Origin: Bilabrum cf. latius
Taxonomy: Eukaryota
DNA: 64,000 nucleotides
Direction of reading: 5' to 3'
NCBI GenBank assembly: GCA_965178125.1
Contig: OZ237761.1
Span: forward strand, 434,001 to 498,000
Under the pieces are notes generated by a model that was not told where the DNA came from, did no database searches, and saw only the letters and a program-made list of their open reading frames with translations. The position numbers and the translations under genes were made by a program. Shown here piece by piece: positions 37,212 through 48,998 of the stretch. Every line of letters begins with the position of its first letter. The first letter of the stretch is position 1.

Positions 37212-37496
37212 ATTCCTTACAATCTGGCCTCTTTGCTACCGTGCGTGCAACCTTGTCACGCGAACTATGTATTTCATGCTGTGAGATGGCATTAAACAGT
37301 GAATCGAATGATAGTCGCCGCGAAATCGTGCGCACTGCTGAGCGGGGAATTTTGTGCTGTTTGCGGAACCAGCAGCCTGAGCTCGCGGCGCCGCCACCGC
37401 GGCATTATTCTGATGGAAAACCTCTTGCAACGATCAAATCCTGTAGCGCAACGCGGCCGAACGAGCGAAGCGTGGCTCCACTTCACCTCCCAAGAA

Positions 37497-39204
37497 TCAC
37501 ATGTTGTCCACAGCCGGCAAAAAGGAAAGCTCCGCGCCCGTCATCTGGACGTTGGTGTAGGTCTTGCCAGCGAACCAGTACTCGAGTCCGTTCAGGCCTG
37601 CGATGCTGCTGTAGATGGCCCTGTACATGTCCTTGACCGGCGGCGGGGCGTCGTCATCATCCATCATCTTGGACACGACCATGGCCAGCAGCGGCTTGAT
37701 GGTGCCCGCCCCGCTGAAGCCCATCACCATGCCCTTGGCGAAGTCGCCCAGGCTCTCACTCATCTCACCCAGGTTCGCGGTGATGACCCGGAAGGTGATC
37801 TCCTTCATGCTCTGCAGGAAAGAAAGGCCCTTGCCCATCATGGCCATGCCCATGGCGGGGCCAAGCATCTGGGGCCCGAACGGAGTCATCACCATCTTGC
37901 CCCCGCCCATGCCCCCGGCCATGGCCCCGCCCACGGAATCCGCCAGCCGCGACCCCGCCGCGGAAGCCAGCGCCAGGGCGGTCCTCTGGATCTTGCCCCT
38001 CACGGAGAACTCCGCCGCCAGGTCCTGCAGGATGCCCTCGTCCCCTTCGATGACGTCAGCGGGAGTCACGCTCGCGGCGAACCGGATCTTGACCTGGTCC
38101 GCCATGGCGGCAATGTCAAAGTCGCCCTCTATGGCCTCCCGAATGGCCTCTGGGAATGGCTGGTCCACCGCGACAATGATCCTCACGCCACGCTTGTCCC
38201 CCGGCAGATCGTCGCAGGCCTCCGCGCGCACCGTCACGAACGGAGGGATGGCCCCAGGTGGGACCATCTCCATCAGGGACTCCACGGCGCCCACCACTAC
38301 GGCTAGGTCCTCGTCAGAGGCGCCCTCCTTGGCCACCAGACCCACGCTCATGCAGATGTTCCCGGCCTCCGGCTGCGCCGGCCCGTCCTCCAAATGAGAA
38401 CCGGTGATCTCGATCTGGAAGGGCGCGTCGTCACCTGGCTCGCCGCTGCGGGTGTGTGGAAATGGGGGAGATACGGCGGAAGAGCTGATGCGGTACGCAC
38501 CGTGACGCTTGACTACGACCAACTTGAAGGGCCAAGGGTGGCAGAACGCCACAGAGAGTATCACCGAATGTCGGGTCGTGCCGTGCACTCACACGCCGAA
38601 CGTAAGGTCCAGAGGCACGTATTCTGGGTCGTGCTTGACCTTGAATTCGCCGTCGCCGCCGCTCATGGCATCGCCAATGGCCTTGAACCGCTTCCTGAAG
38701 TAGTTGCCGGCCAGTCGGGCTTGGAGAAGGCGTCCCTTGTAGCCGGACTTGTCCTCTGCCTCGCGAGCAGGGTTGGACAGCCATGCATAAAACTCGGTGA
38801 AGTCCACGGTGCCGTCATGGTTGCTGCGGTGGGGGCAAGAAAGGCTAAGTTGGTATCGTTTGGTGCGCAGGCCAACGGTAGTACTGGCAGCGGATGTCAG
38901 CGACTGCACGCTTGGGCATGACAGTCACGCCTTTCGCAGGTGACTTGACAACATTCATTAGCATACGTCATTCATAAGGTCGCCTGTTCGTATCACCTCA
39001 CGTGTCGAGCTCGTCGAAGACCTTCTCGAGCTCCTCATCCGACAGCGCTTCACCCAGTTGGAACGCGAGATCGGCGAGGTCGTCCTTTGAGATTGTCGTG
39101 CCTCCAGAAGAGTACTCTGCAAAGATTGCATGTGCCTGATCTTCATCCACGACGGCCGAAGCTTGGCGTTCCATAGCGGGGGGACCTCCAGCGACGGCAG
39201 CCAT
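37497..39204 (-). CDS. EF-hand domain protein (exons 39204-39002, 38823-38593, 38445-37497)
   Basis: Splicing creates the EF-hand loop DTNHDGTVDFTEF across the first junction. Two GTGAG..CGCAG introns; ends TGA. Confidence 0.75.
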
Positions 39205-39653
39205 GTTCTGCAAGGGTAGTATGGGCATGGCAGCAGTGTACGAGAGCACGGTAACGCCTATTCGTTGAAAAGACGGATGTTATAAGAAAATCGCGTGTTC
39301 AAACCGAGAAATATCACAGCTAGGTCGGCAAATGCAACGTTGCAGAAAGATCGCGGACAACGCAAGAACGACTAGCCATGCCCTGTATAGACCACCGTAT
39401 TCGCTACTTAAGAATGAGCCACTAGAATTATGTGATTGAATACGAGATTAGGGATCAAAAGCAATGAAAACTCACATGCGGTTGAGAAATTAAAGTGTGT
39501 ATTGCATCCACTGTTGGGTCCGCAGGGCGCCGGCGCCGCGCAACAAAAGTGGGTGGTTCCGTAAGCGGACGATATTCCGGTGGCGTCCGTACAGAGTGGC
39601 TGTGACGTATTTTTCTCGCCCATGATAGCAGATGATCTTATTTTCTAATCAGC

Positions 39654-41144
39654 ATGCGCCGATTGCTGATTAATCTCTCATATTATGGGCCATCGTTTCG
39701 AGGTTGGGCGGCTTAGGGCAACTAGCCTGTGATGGGGTCCGTGCAAGCAGCGATGGAGGCTTGCTTGTCATCTACGTTTGGAGCACACCAGTTTAGCCCA
39801 CTACGAGGATCCAGTCGGACCGACGCTGGCGTGCATGCCTTGCAGCAGCTCGCGACAGTTGATTTGAATAACGAAGGGCTTGGTTCAGCTTCGCCTGACC
39901 ATCTTCGAGACCTATTTTGCCGCAAGCTGAGGTCTCAACGGTCGAATATTGCTGTAAATGAAGTAGCAGATGTTCCACTTGGGTTCTCAGCGAGAAGTGA
40001 TTCGGTTGGCAAGCAGTACGTGTATAGGATTATCGCGCCGCTGGGCTCCGCTGCTAAATTGGAGGCTACTGCGCAGCCCCCGGGCCATGGCTTGCGAACG
40101 ACTGCAGACTCGCTCTTAGTGAATGGAAGGCGCTGTCAACCAATGTGGACGACTCGCTGGATGGAGCATGTAGAGCAAGACAAGGCCTGGATCTGCCGTT
40201 GGCCGCTTAGCATGGGCTCGATGCAGAAGGCGGCGGAGCACATGACTGGCACGTTGGATTTTTCTTCTTTTCGAGCCGCTAGATGCACGGCGGCAGACGC
40301 GGTGCGCCGCATCTGGAGAGTAGATGTGTCAGCCCGTCCCTATGCACCGCCGTGCACAAGCGTCGGCAGTAGCGACACCATAAGCCATACGGACCTACAA
40401 CTACTAGATGAAGACGAAACAAGCACTGCCAGGGCGCTCGGTGCGACTTGCTCGAAGATGGGAGGCGCCCCGCCCTCGATGCACATTGGTAGCGATGACC
40501 GCCGGTGGAGGCCTGAGGGGGGGCAACTGTCACTGGCAGGCGACACAAGCCCACTAGCTCTAGACCTAGCGGCAGGGGCCTACCGAACGGATCGGCACTT
40601 CCCCAGCACCGCAACTTAGGCCGATTCAGGGGCATGGAGCAGCGATGAGTGGGTGAAGAGGCTGAGGCACGAAGCTAGCAAACAGGCTGGAGTGTCCGCA
40701 CAGGACGCACAGTGCCAGCAGAAGACAGATCGCCTAGCTCGACAGGACAGTGCGAGGGCCGCTGATGCCTCCCTGCCGCTGTCTGACATCCTCATCACGG
40801 TTGAGGGCGAGTCGTTCGTGTACAAAATGGTACGCAACATGGTGGGGGCCATCGTGTCGGCCGGTGCGGTGGGCTGCAAGCCTAATTTGCGGGGGTTTGA
40901 AAGGGGCTGGCTGCACTCCGACGACGTGCCTGGCCTCATTCAAGCCCAAGACAGGTCTATCTGCAGATATCCCACTGCTCCCGCCCACGGGCTGTGGCTC
41001 ACCCGCACCATGATTCCTTCCCTCGACCCCAGTTCGGATTTTATGCGGCAAGTGCAGGAGGATTGGCAGAAGTTCGCAGTTGAGATGGGGGAGCCAGCGC
41101 TAGCCGAGAGAGCGAGGGCGCTGAGGCGCATGGGGAGGCTGTAA
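39654..41144 (+). CDS. truA: tRNA pseudouridine synthase A family (TAG at 39714, 39723, 40617)
   Basis: MRRLLINLSYYGPSFRGWAA*...SVQ, GSSRTDAGVHALQQ (catalytic Asp), FSAR, YVYRI, GTLDFSSFR, GESFVYKMVRNMVG, TAPAHGLWL; ends TAA. Confidence 0.92.
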
Positions 41145-41277
41145 GCCAGGTTGGGAAACATACTAGGAGATCAGCCAAGCTACCAGAGCATCTATTTGGG
41201 GATTTAACAAATATATACAACATCCTCTCCCGTGATCAATCCAGAAGCAGCCTCGCAAATTTGCGAGCAGCACACAA

Positions 41278-44200
41278 TCAACGGTTTGACATCGGCATGA
41301 CTACCTGCGTGTTCGGGGCTCTCTTCGCCTCTGCCTCTAGCTCGGCTGCCTGCTGCTCTGCCGCCAGCATCTCGTGCATGAAGAAGTCTTCTTCTTCTTC
41401 GTCTGAATCGACGTAGCGAGGCACCTCTCCTCTGTCTGTCCCACCCTGCTTGCCTTCACCTGCACCCTCGCTCCCGGGTGTGCCAGCCAACCCCGATAGG
41501 CTGACGCCGGCAGCCTAAAGCTCTCGCGCGCCTGGTAGCTGCGAAAATGACGTGACCGAGGAATGGATTCCCTTCTACTGCCGGTCGTGGCGGCTCGACC
41601 CTTCACTCCCTGCCCCAACGGCACCCGAGATCAAACCGCTCAGGCCCTGTGCTAGCCGCACCTGCTGGCGTGCTGCAGCCACGTGGCCGAGGGACTCAAG
41701 GGAAGACTGCGTACCGAGCGAAGCAGCAGATGCGTGCAGCTGCTATCGACCACTGGCAGACAGCCCATGGACCCGCTTGCGTGCCGGCAGCGCGCCTGCT
41801 CCTCTTGGGGCGGGGACTCGCCGGCTCTGTGGCGGAATTGCCGGTCCACTGTGGGCCGCTTGGTGGCCTCTGGGCACAGGGTCTTGCATGAAGCTCGTGT
41901 GTACCCGTGCTTGTCCTCTGTCTTTCGATCCCGCGACAGATTCACCGGGCACGTCCTGTGGTGCCATGCCCAGCGCCTCATCGATGATTGAGGGGGGCGC
42001 CGCCGCGATAGCGAGCGAGGATTTCCGCCTAGACCTGTTTCTCTTGCTGTTCATTGGCGACGACAGAGTAGAACTCGTTCCATCCTTCTTGGTGCTCGCA
42101 TGCTTGAAGGGGCCCGGCTCAGCGATCCAACCAATGTCTGCGCTCGCGACCTGCTCCGCAACCCGGATGAGGGAGCTGTTGTCGCGAATACCAAACTAAA
42201 CCGCGGGAGATGCAACGACAGCATGTGTAGCACGCAAGGCGCTGTTCCGCCGCTTCGTCGGGCTGCCATTCCGCCTCCGAAGACCAGACAGGGACCCGGG
42301 CTTCGGCAAGGGCCGGCTCGAGGGCGACCCGTAGTCGACCGATTCCCTGCTTCGACCCCGGGTGCTGGCTGTTCCCCGATCGCCGCCCCACTGCGGCTTC
42401 AAGCTGCTCCCAGCCGAATCTGCGGTGCCTGTCCTAGTATTCTGCGAGTTTGTGTTCCCTGTGATAAGAAAACTCACTAGCTCCTCGTCAGTGGCCTTGC
42501 CGACTGCTTTCACGAGGCCGGCCGCATCGCCGCCTAGCCCGCTGCCGTGGATCAGCTCCAGTCTCGCCCTCTCCCTCGCTCGCTTCAGGTCCTTCTCTTC
42601 GATTCTGGCCTGCCTTGCCTCCTCCCGATCGCGCCGAATGTTTCTCCTGACCGTAGACAGGTGCAGGCCGGGCCCACCAAGCTTTTCCACCGCTTTGCGC
42701 AGCCTTGCCTTCTGTGTGCGCCGGCTGGCTGGCCTGTGCCTTGGGGGCCTCGGCGATTGCGGCTCGTCGGCCGAATCGCGCTGTAACCACGATGGTGTCG
42801 TGCCAATGAACCCGCGGCGCTCGGTCAGCTTGCCGCTGGGGAAGTGCTGCACCGGAACGTGCACGTTGCGAGGAGTCTCTGACGACGCCTGCAATGCCCT
42901 TGAGAAACCGAACGCCTAGCTGTCCACAGACTCCAAAGAGGCGTGCTCGTAGGACTGGGAGCCGTAGTCTCGACTAGTTGCAAGTGGGGATGCGACCCCC
43001 GAGCCAAAAGAAATGCGCCCTTTTTTACCATCATCCGCACTACTACCAGCTTGCAGGCCCACCCGGCCAGCTCGAGCAGTTTGCGAACCTGCTGCAACAG
43101 ACTTAATTTCCTTCATGCGATTCTTGGACGACTGGTTCAATCTCTCTCTCGCAGTGGTGCCTTCTGCCCACTACCTGCCCGCCAATCCCCATGCGTCTCC
43201 TTTCCGCAGCGTGCTATCCGCCACAGCCAGCTCCACGACGGGCGTGTCCCTGCCAATGGTTCCGAAAGGGTCCTTGAAGCCACCATGCGCATTAGTGGAT
43301 GACCTTCTAGGAGTCACGCCGGCTGCCAATATTCGGGCCTGGCTCGCCTGAATCGACGGGCGCCTGCCAGATCTACGCCCGTGGGCTGGCAACTCGGGAC
43401 TTGGGCCATGGCCATGCGCGGCCTCGCCGCCATCCTCCTCTTCGTCGCCAACCAACCGAATGCCGAGTCTCTGCCTCGCCGCTGCAAACAAGACGCTTTC
43501 CCTAGGCGAAGCAAAGTCCATACCGGTCAGAACGGGCTGCTGCTTCACGTCATCCAGCGCTGGTCCTTGACCTGACCCTGCCTGCAGAGCATCAGCAACG
43601 CTGTCCATCTGGGCAGTGCTTCCGATCCCGAGCGCATGAGCGAGTCGATCGGCCCCGCTGCTTCGCCGCCGCTGCCTCTTCCGGTTCCCTCGTTGCCCGC
43701 CAACGCCTGCTGGGCGGGCTGCGCCTGCGTGGCGCAGCAGAGCATGGGGCTCCAGGGTGGAGTGCCTCTGCCTCGACAGCTCAGCAACCGTGGCAGCGTG
43801 AGCTGCACTGCGAGCCGCGAGACCTTGTGCCGCATCCGCCAATGTAAACGTCCCTTCGTGCAGCTCAAATGCTCCGTCACCAGAGAGAAACGTGCCTTGT
43901 ACCTGAGGAGATGGCTGTGATAGTGGCGAGGCTCCCCCAGGGGCCTGACCTGACAGGGAAATTGAGCTGAGATCCAGCATCGGCACTGCCTTCCTACTCT
44001 TCTACTGGTCCGCAGTATTCTCCCCTGTGCGAATATCTCTTCTGGCGCGCCTGGAGCCACTGCCGCTGAGACCCATGCTACGCTTGTTAGTCGCCCTGGC
44101 TTCGTTCTCTCGATTTGCGACCAGGCTCTGCAGCCCAGCAGCACTCACAGATGCGCCATGGGAGAGAGGCAAAGAGGCTGCGTGCTGCGAGGCGACCGAG

Positions 44201-47200
44201 GCTGCAACCGCCAGCGCCTGCCTCGTCGTCGCAGGAGTACGGTGCCAAGGCGGCCTGCCGCCGTTTCTGGTTTGCAATCGTGGAGAAATACCCAATGTCC
44301 TCGCTGATCCTTGCTTGTAGCCATCAGCTATGGGCCTCCCGGCAGCCTGATGGTTCTGCAGAGTGGTCTGGCTGTTGCCATGCGGGAGCAGGGTTTCTGC
44401 AGAGGCGACGTGCGCGAAATCAAAGGGATTATTCGGCAAACCCTCTCCAACAGACCCGACACGCCCCTGCTCAGCGTGCTAGTCTGTCTCACTGCCCTGG
44501 CTGGAGGCAGTAGCGGCGGCAGGGCCAGCCAAAACCATTGCCTGGCCCAAACCACCTGCTTGTCCTTTGCCCGACGCTGAGCCAGCATCGTGCTAATAGG
44601 CTAGCTCATCCTCATGGGATGACAAGCTATCCCTGGATGCAGCTCGCTTCCTGTGCCCCGGCTGCTTGCCTTGCTGAGGACTCGTCCGCTCGGGGGGAGA
44701 AGGGAGCGTGCTGGGCTGACTCGCAGAGGTTCGAATGCGTGGGCGCCTGGCAGTGCCTCGTACCAGTGGGCGAGGGCTACGTCTACTCGCCTTGCCAGCC
44801 TTGGCTGTGCTCACAGCAGGCCGATGAAGATACTGGCGGAGCCCTACTCCGCCAGAGAGTGCCGCTGCCGACTTGTTTGCCACAGAGTCCAGGCTTTGCT
44901 CTTTGTGTGCGTCTGCAACCGTGACCAGCCTGTACGCCTGCCAGGCCATTTCCTGTGCTAGCCTTGCCGAGATCCAGTCGTCGTCCGGGGCTTCCTCGGC
45001 TGCGATCATGAGACCCGACCACGCGCCTTTCGGGTGCTTAAGTGCCGCGTCAGCGAATGCCTCTCTGGGGATCAGGAGCACCTCCGTGCGCTCAGACGCC
45101 TTGAGCCCAAAACTCCACCGTGCTAGTCCCCAGTCCATGCTTTTCCTCCGAGTGCGACCCCCTTTCGACGGCGAGGACACATCTTGCACGCTGCTGCCTT
45201 CCGCGTACACATCATGCGATCCCCCGTCAATGTGCGAAGCCAGCGACATCAGGGTCACCTTGGAGCCCCTCCGCCCGTGCGTAGGTCCCTGTCGAGAACT
45301 TGGCGACGCCTAGTGCGCACTGATGGAAGCAGCAGCTACCTCGACACCCTCAGCAGCAGTTCCGGGTGGATTCGAATCCATCTGCACAGAAGCTCCGCCC
45401 GGTGGAGGCAGGCACCTGCCGGCGAAGACAGCGAGGCAGTCTACTAGCCCGAGCCCTTCGCCCGCCCTCAGCTTCTTTACCTCAGCTGTCACCCTTGTCT
45501 CGTCCGGACCGAGGGACTCCTTCGAGTTCCTGCGCCTTCGAGGTGCCCTCCTCGCCGCATCTTCCGAGGGTTTGCCGGCCGAGCTGGCTTTTCTGTGTTC
45601 CTTGAGCGCCTCTTCGTGCGCAGACGACCTGGCGTCTTCCATGCCCGGCAATCCCCTGAGCCTCACGATGAGATCGTCAAGGCTAGTGCTGGCCTTCAAG
45701 CCGAGCTTTTGCTGCAGAGCTCTCGTGCGCGCGTCGATCTTGGAGGAAGATTGACTGCCGCTTGCCTTGCGTCGGGCGTGAAAACGGTGCTGCGACGGTC
45801 TGCTGGCGTGCTACCCCACCGACCGTCTTGAGCTCTACTGCGATCGACTGCTGCTATTTCGCGAACTGCCACCTGACTCTCTAACGCCGACGGCGCTACC
45901 GTAGCCCGACACCCCTCCCGTTTCATCGTCAGCCCCATCGTTGTCGTCATACCCCTCCACGTCGCTTTCGTCATCGCTTGAGGACGAAGACCCGCCATCT
46001 TCGTCTACTGCCAGCATTCGTATGGCGTGCTCTGCAGCGATCCGGTCACCCCTTGCTAGCGCTCGTAATGCCAGCTGACTGTGAGTATGAGCGTGTTTAA
46101 GGGCCTTAGGCACTGCAGGCACCTCTGCGACCGCATCCTCGGCCGGTTGCTCCGCATTCACGCCCTCATCCCCGGACACGAGTTCCTCGACCAGGCCGTC
46201 AATGGCCGTGCGACCAGAAATCTGTTTAAACTGGCTGGTGCCAGGCACTGGCGGTGACCTCGATCTCTTGCGACTTCCTGAGGCCAACTGGGTCCTCCCA
46301 GACGCGGCTGCCCCTGGGCTTCCTGCCTTGCCTGTCTGCCTTCGTCGGATGTCCTCCGAGCGTCGCGTGCTGCTCTGTCGCTGCAGCCCTAGGCGCCTGG
46401 CCGTCGATTTGCTGAGGGTCATAGAGTCCACTGATTGCAGCTTGCGGCCAGAGAATGCGGCCTTATTTTTCTTAACTTGTCGTCTCGTTTCTCCGGCATG
46501 CGCGTCCCTGCCAGAGATGGGTGGCTTGTGCGCATTTGCCTCGAATGGGGTGGCCCCCCCTAGACCGGCGAGCGTGCTAAGCCCAGTCCGGTCATTCCCC
46601 ACCATGATCCCATGCCTCTCTAGCCTGTCTTTGTTGGTAGTTCTCGCGTGCACCGCCCTCTCGTCTGCAGAGGGCGCAAGCAGGCCCCGCGCCGTGGGAA
46701 GTAGCTTAAGGCCCTCAGCAAGCAGCCTTGGCACAGTGAGCCGTCTCGTCATTTGTAGCCCGCCCTTAAGGACAAAGACCACACACTTGGCCTCGTCGCC
46801 CTGCTCGCACAGCCTCTCGCCACGCATGAGGATCTTCACCTCCGACCGGCGCGCCAGCATGTCAAGAGGTGCCGGCCCAAACACTTCCGCCCACCTGACC
46901 CGCTTTAGAGCGTCCAGTGATCTCCGCACGAGCCGCTTTTTGGCGTCTGCCAGGGCTTTCTTGAAGTCGCGACCGGTGATGCACATGAGAAGGCAGTCTT
47001 CACTCGCAATGATGCTGCTCTTTCGCAGGCTGTCGTCACTCAGCAATGCGCCCTCGCCAAACCCGGTCAGCGGGCCGAGGACGTTAATCGTGTGAACGAC
47101 ATGGTGCGTGTATCTCGCGGGTCGCTTGATCGACGCCTCCCCGCCGCCACCCTTGACATCCACGCCTGCCTTGGCAGCGTGGATGACATCGCGCACCGCC

Positions 47201-48819
47201 GACTGCAGCTTTCCAGCCGGCTTGTTCCGGTTTGCCTTGTTCCCTGCCTTGCCCAGGATGGCGGCCATCCCTGCAGCGTGGGCGATGGAGTGGATGGTAC
47301 CTGCCTCTGGCAGCTCCATCCCCTAGGTTGTCAGGTCAAGCAGCTCGCTTTGTGGACCCGAGGTCAGGAGCTGGCTCGCGGCCTGGACGGACTCTGGCAC
47401 GTGTGTTGCTGTGGCACCTGCCGTTGCGAGCGCGAGCTTGAGGTGCATGCCAGCCTTCTTGTGATCGATGCTCTGCCTCCGCTGCTGGGAGCCTCGCCGG
47501 TTCCGCGTCATCGACGAGGGTGATGAGGTGCTGTCCTGAGACCGTCTTCGCCTCGATAAGCTGCTGCCGCGGCCAAGCGGTGCAGAAGCAGGAGCTGGAC
47601 CGACCTACTGAATGCCTGACGAAGCCCAGGTGGCCGTGGGGAATCCATCCGCGTCATTGGTCGCACTGCTACCAGATGCCAGTGGGGCACCCGGTGAGTC
47701 ACGTGAGTCACGTGAGTCACGTGAGTCACCGCCGCTTAGCCTGCTCAGCCGTCTCTGCCTATTTCCAAACGAGGAAGGCCTTCTCATGTGGCCCTTACCA
47801 GCAGTCTGGGCATCGGTGGCGGCGCTATCTTCGCCGCGCTGCGGAGAGTTCCTTGGGTGCCCCTCCCCCTTCTCCTACTTCCCCTTATCATGGGCCTGGG
47901 CCTTTGCTGCCAGATGCTGGCCTGAGGGTGGTGATTTAAGTGTCCTCGCCACGATCGGTGCTGCCCTTTCGCCTGGTCTACCGGAAGGTGCAGATGGTCT
48001 AGGCTTATGGGGCGGCACCGGGAGCAATCGCTGCGGTGAAGCTGCATCCGAGCCTCCAAGAAGACAACTGCTGCCCTGTTCGGAGGAACTGCCGGCGGGC
48101 GATGGCGGTGCTTGTGCCGCTGATGCATGACCCCTGGGTGCTGACGTGGGCCGACTAACAATGGTTGGCGGGATCCCAAGAGACTGATCGAAGAATGCAT
48201 CCCCGATCTCGAGCGTCCCCGGGTTCATCTTTGCCAGGTCGTCCCTGTCTTTCGTCAGCTCGACCGCCACTTGAACCAGTACCATACCGCTCAGCAAGAC
48301 GTAAAACTCGTTACCAATCTCGCCCTGCTCGATGAGAACGTCTCCTTTCGGGATTGCCGCAAGCGTGGCTCTTCGAAGCAGTCCAAGTCGAATATCAAGG
48401 GGGAAGTCCTCCAGCTTCGTGGATCCTTCACGACAGATCGCAAGCTCCATTACCTTCAGATCCTCTTCTTTCCGAGCCGCTGGCGACTAGAGCAGGATTC
48501 TGCGCCAATCTGCCAGATCTGCGTCTGGCACTGGCCGTATGTTCGGCCTGAATCTCCTCCGATCGAACCGTATAGCATTTCGAAGCCCTCGTCGACCGGC
48601 ACGCCGCGTCGTCCCCCCGTGCTATAAACTTGGCGTTATATTACTGCTAGATTCATTCTGGTCACCTACAGTGTTTGTGGCTGCCGCTGGGCCGCCGGCA
48701 TACTGAACGCGCTCGTTTGCATCGGCAACTGCCCGTCTGAGCTCATCAAGACCGAGTGCAACCTCGACTTTGCCACCCTACACCTGTGGTGGTGGATCTG
48801 GCCTTCTCAAAGTTGCCAT
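41278..48819 (-). CDS. Large cyclic-nucleotide-binding-domain protein (~2513 aa; many in-frame TAG)
   Basis: Twelve listed minus-strand ORF fragments share one frame, broken only by TAG, from ATG 48819 to TGA 41278. CNBD motifs: LIEQGEIGNEFYVLLSG, GFGEGALLSDDSLRKSSIIASEDC, LCEQGDEAKCVVFVLKG. Confidence 0.78.
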
Positions 48820-48998
48820 TGACTGCTAATGATTTTGAAAAAGGAAGTGCTTGTTGCTGACAGAATTTTCGGCTGTGTCCGTTGCGGCGCCGCAATATAT
48901 TGGTTCCGCTAACTTGCCAGATCGCAAAGTTTGGTCGCTGATAAAAAATACCGCACTTCGTGCGCAATTTATCAATCATGAATAGTAGGCTGCACGAT

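Noticed and set aside
47693-47729. (GTGAGTCAC)4 resembling tandem AP-1 sites or splice donors
   Set aside because: Lies within the CNBD reading frame, encoding DSRDSRDSRDS; simple coding microsatellite.
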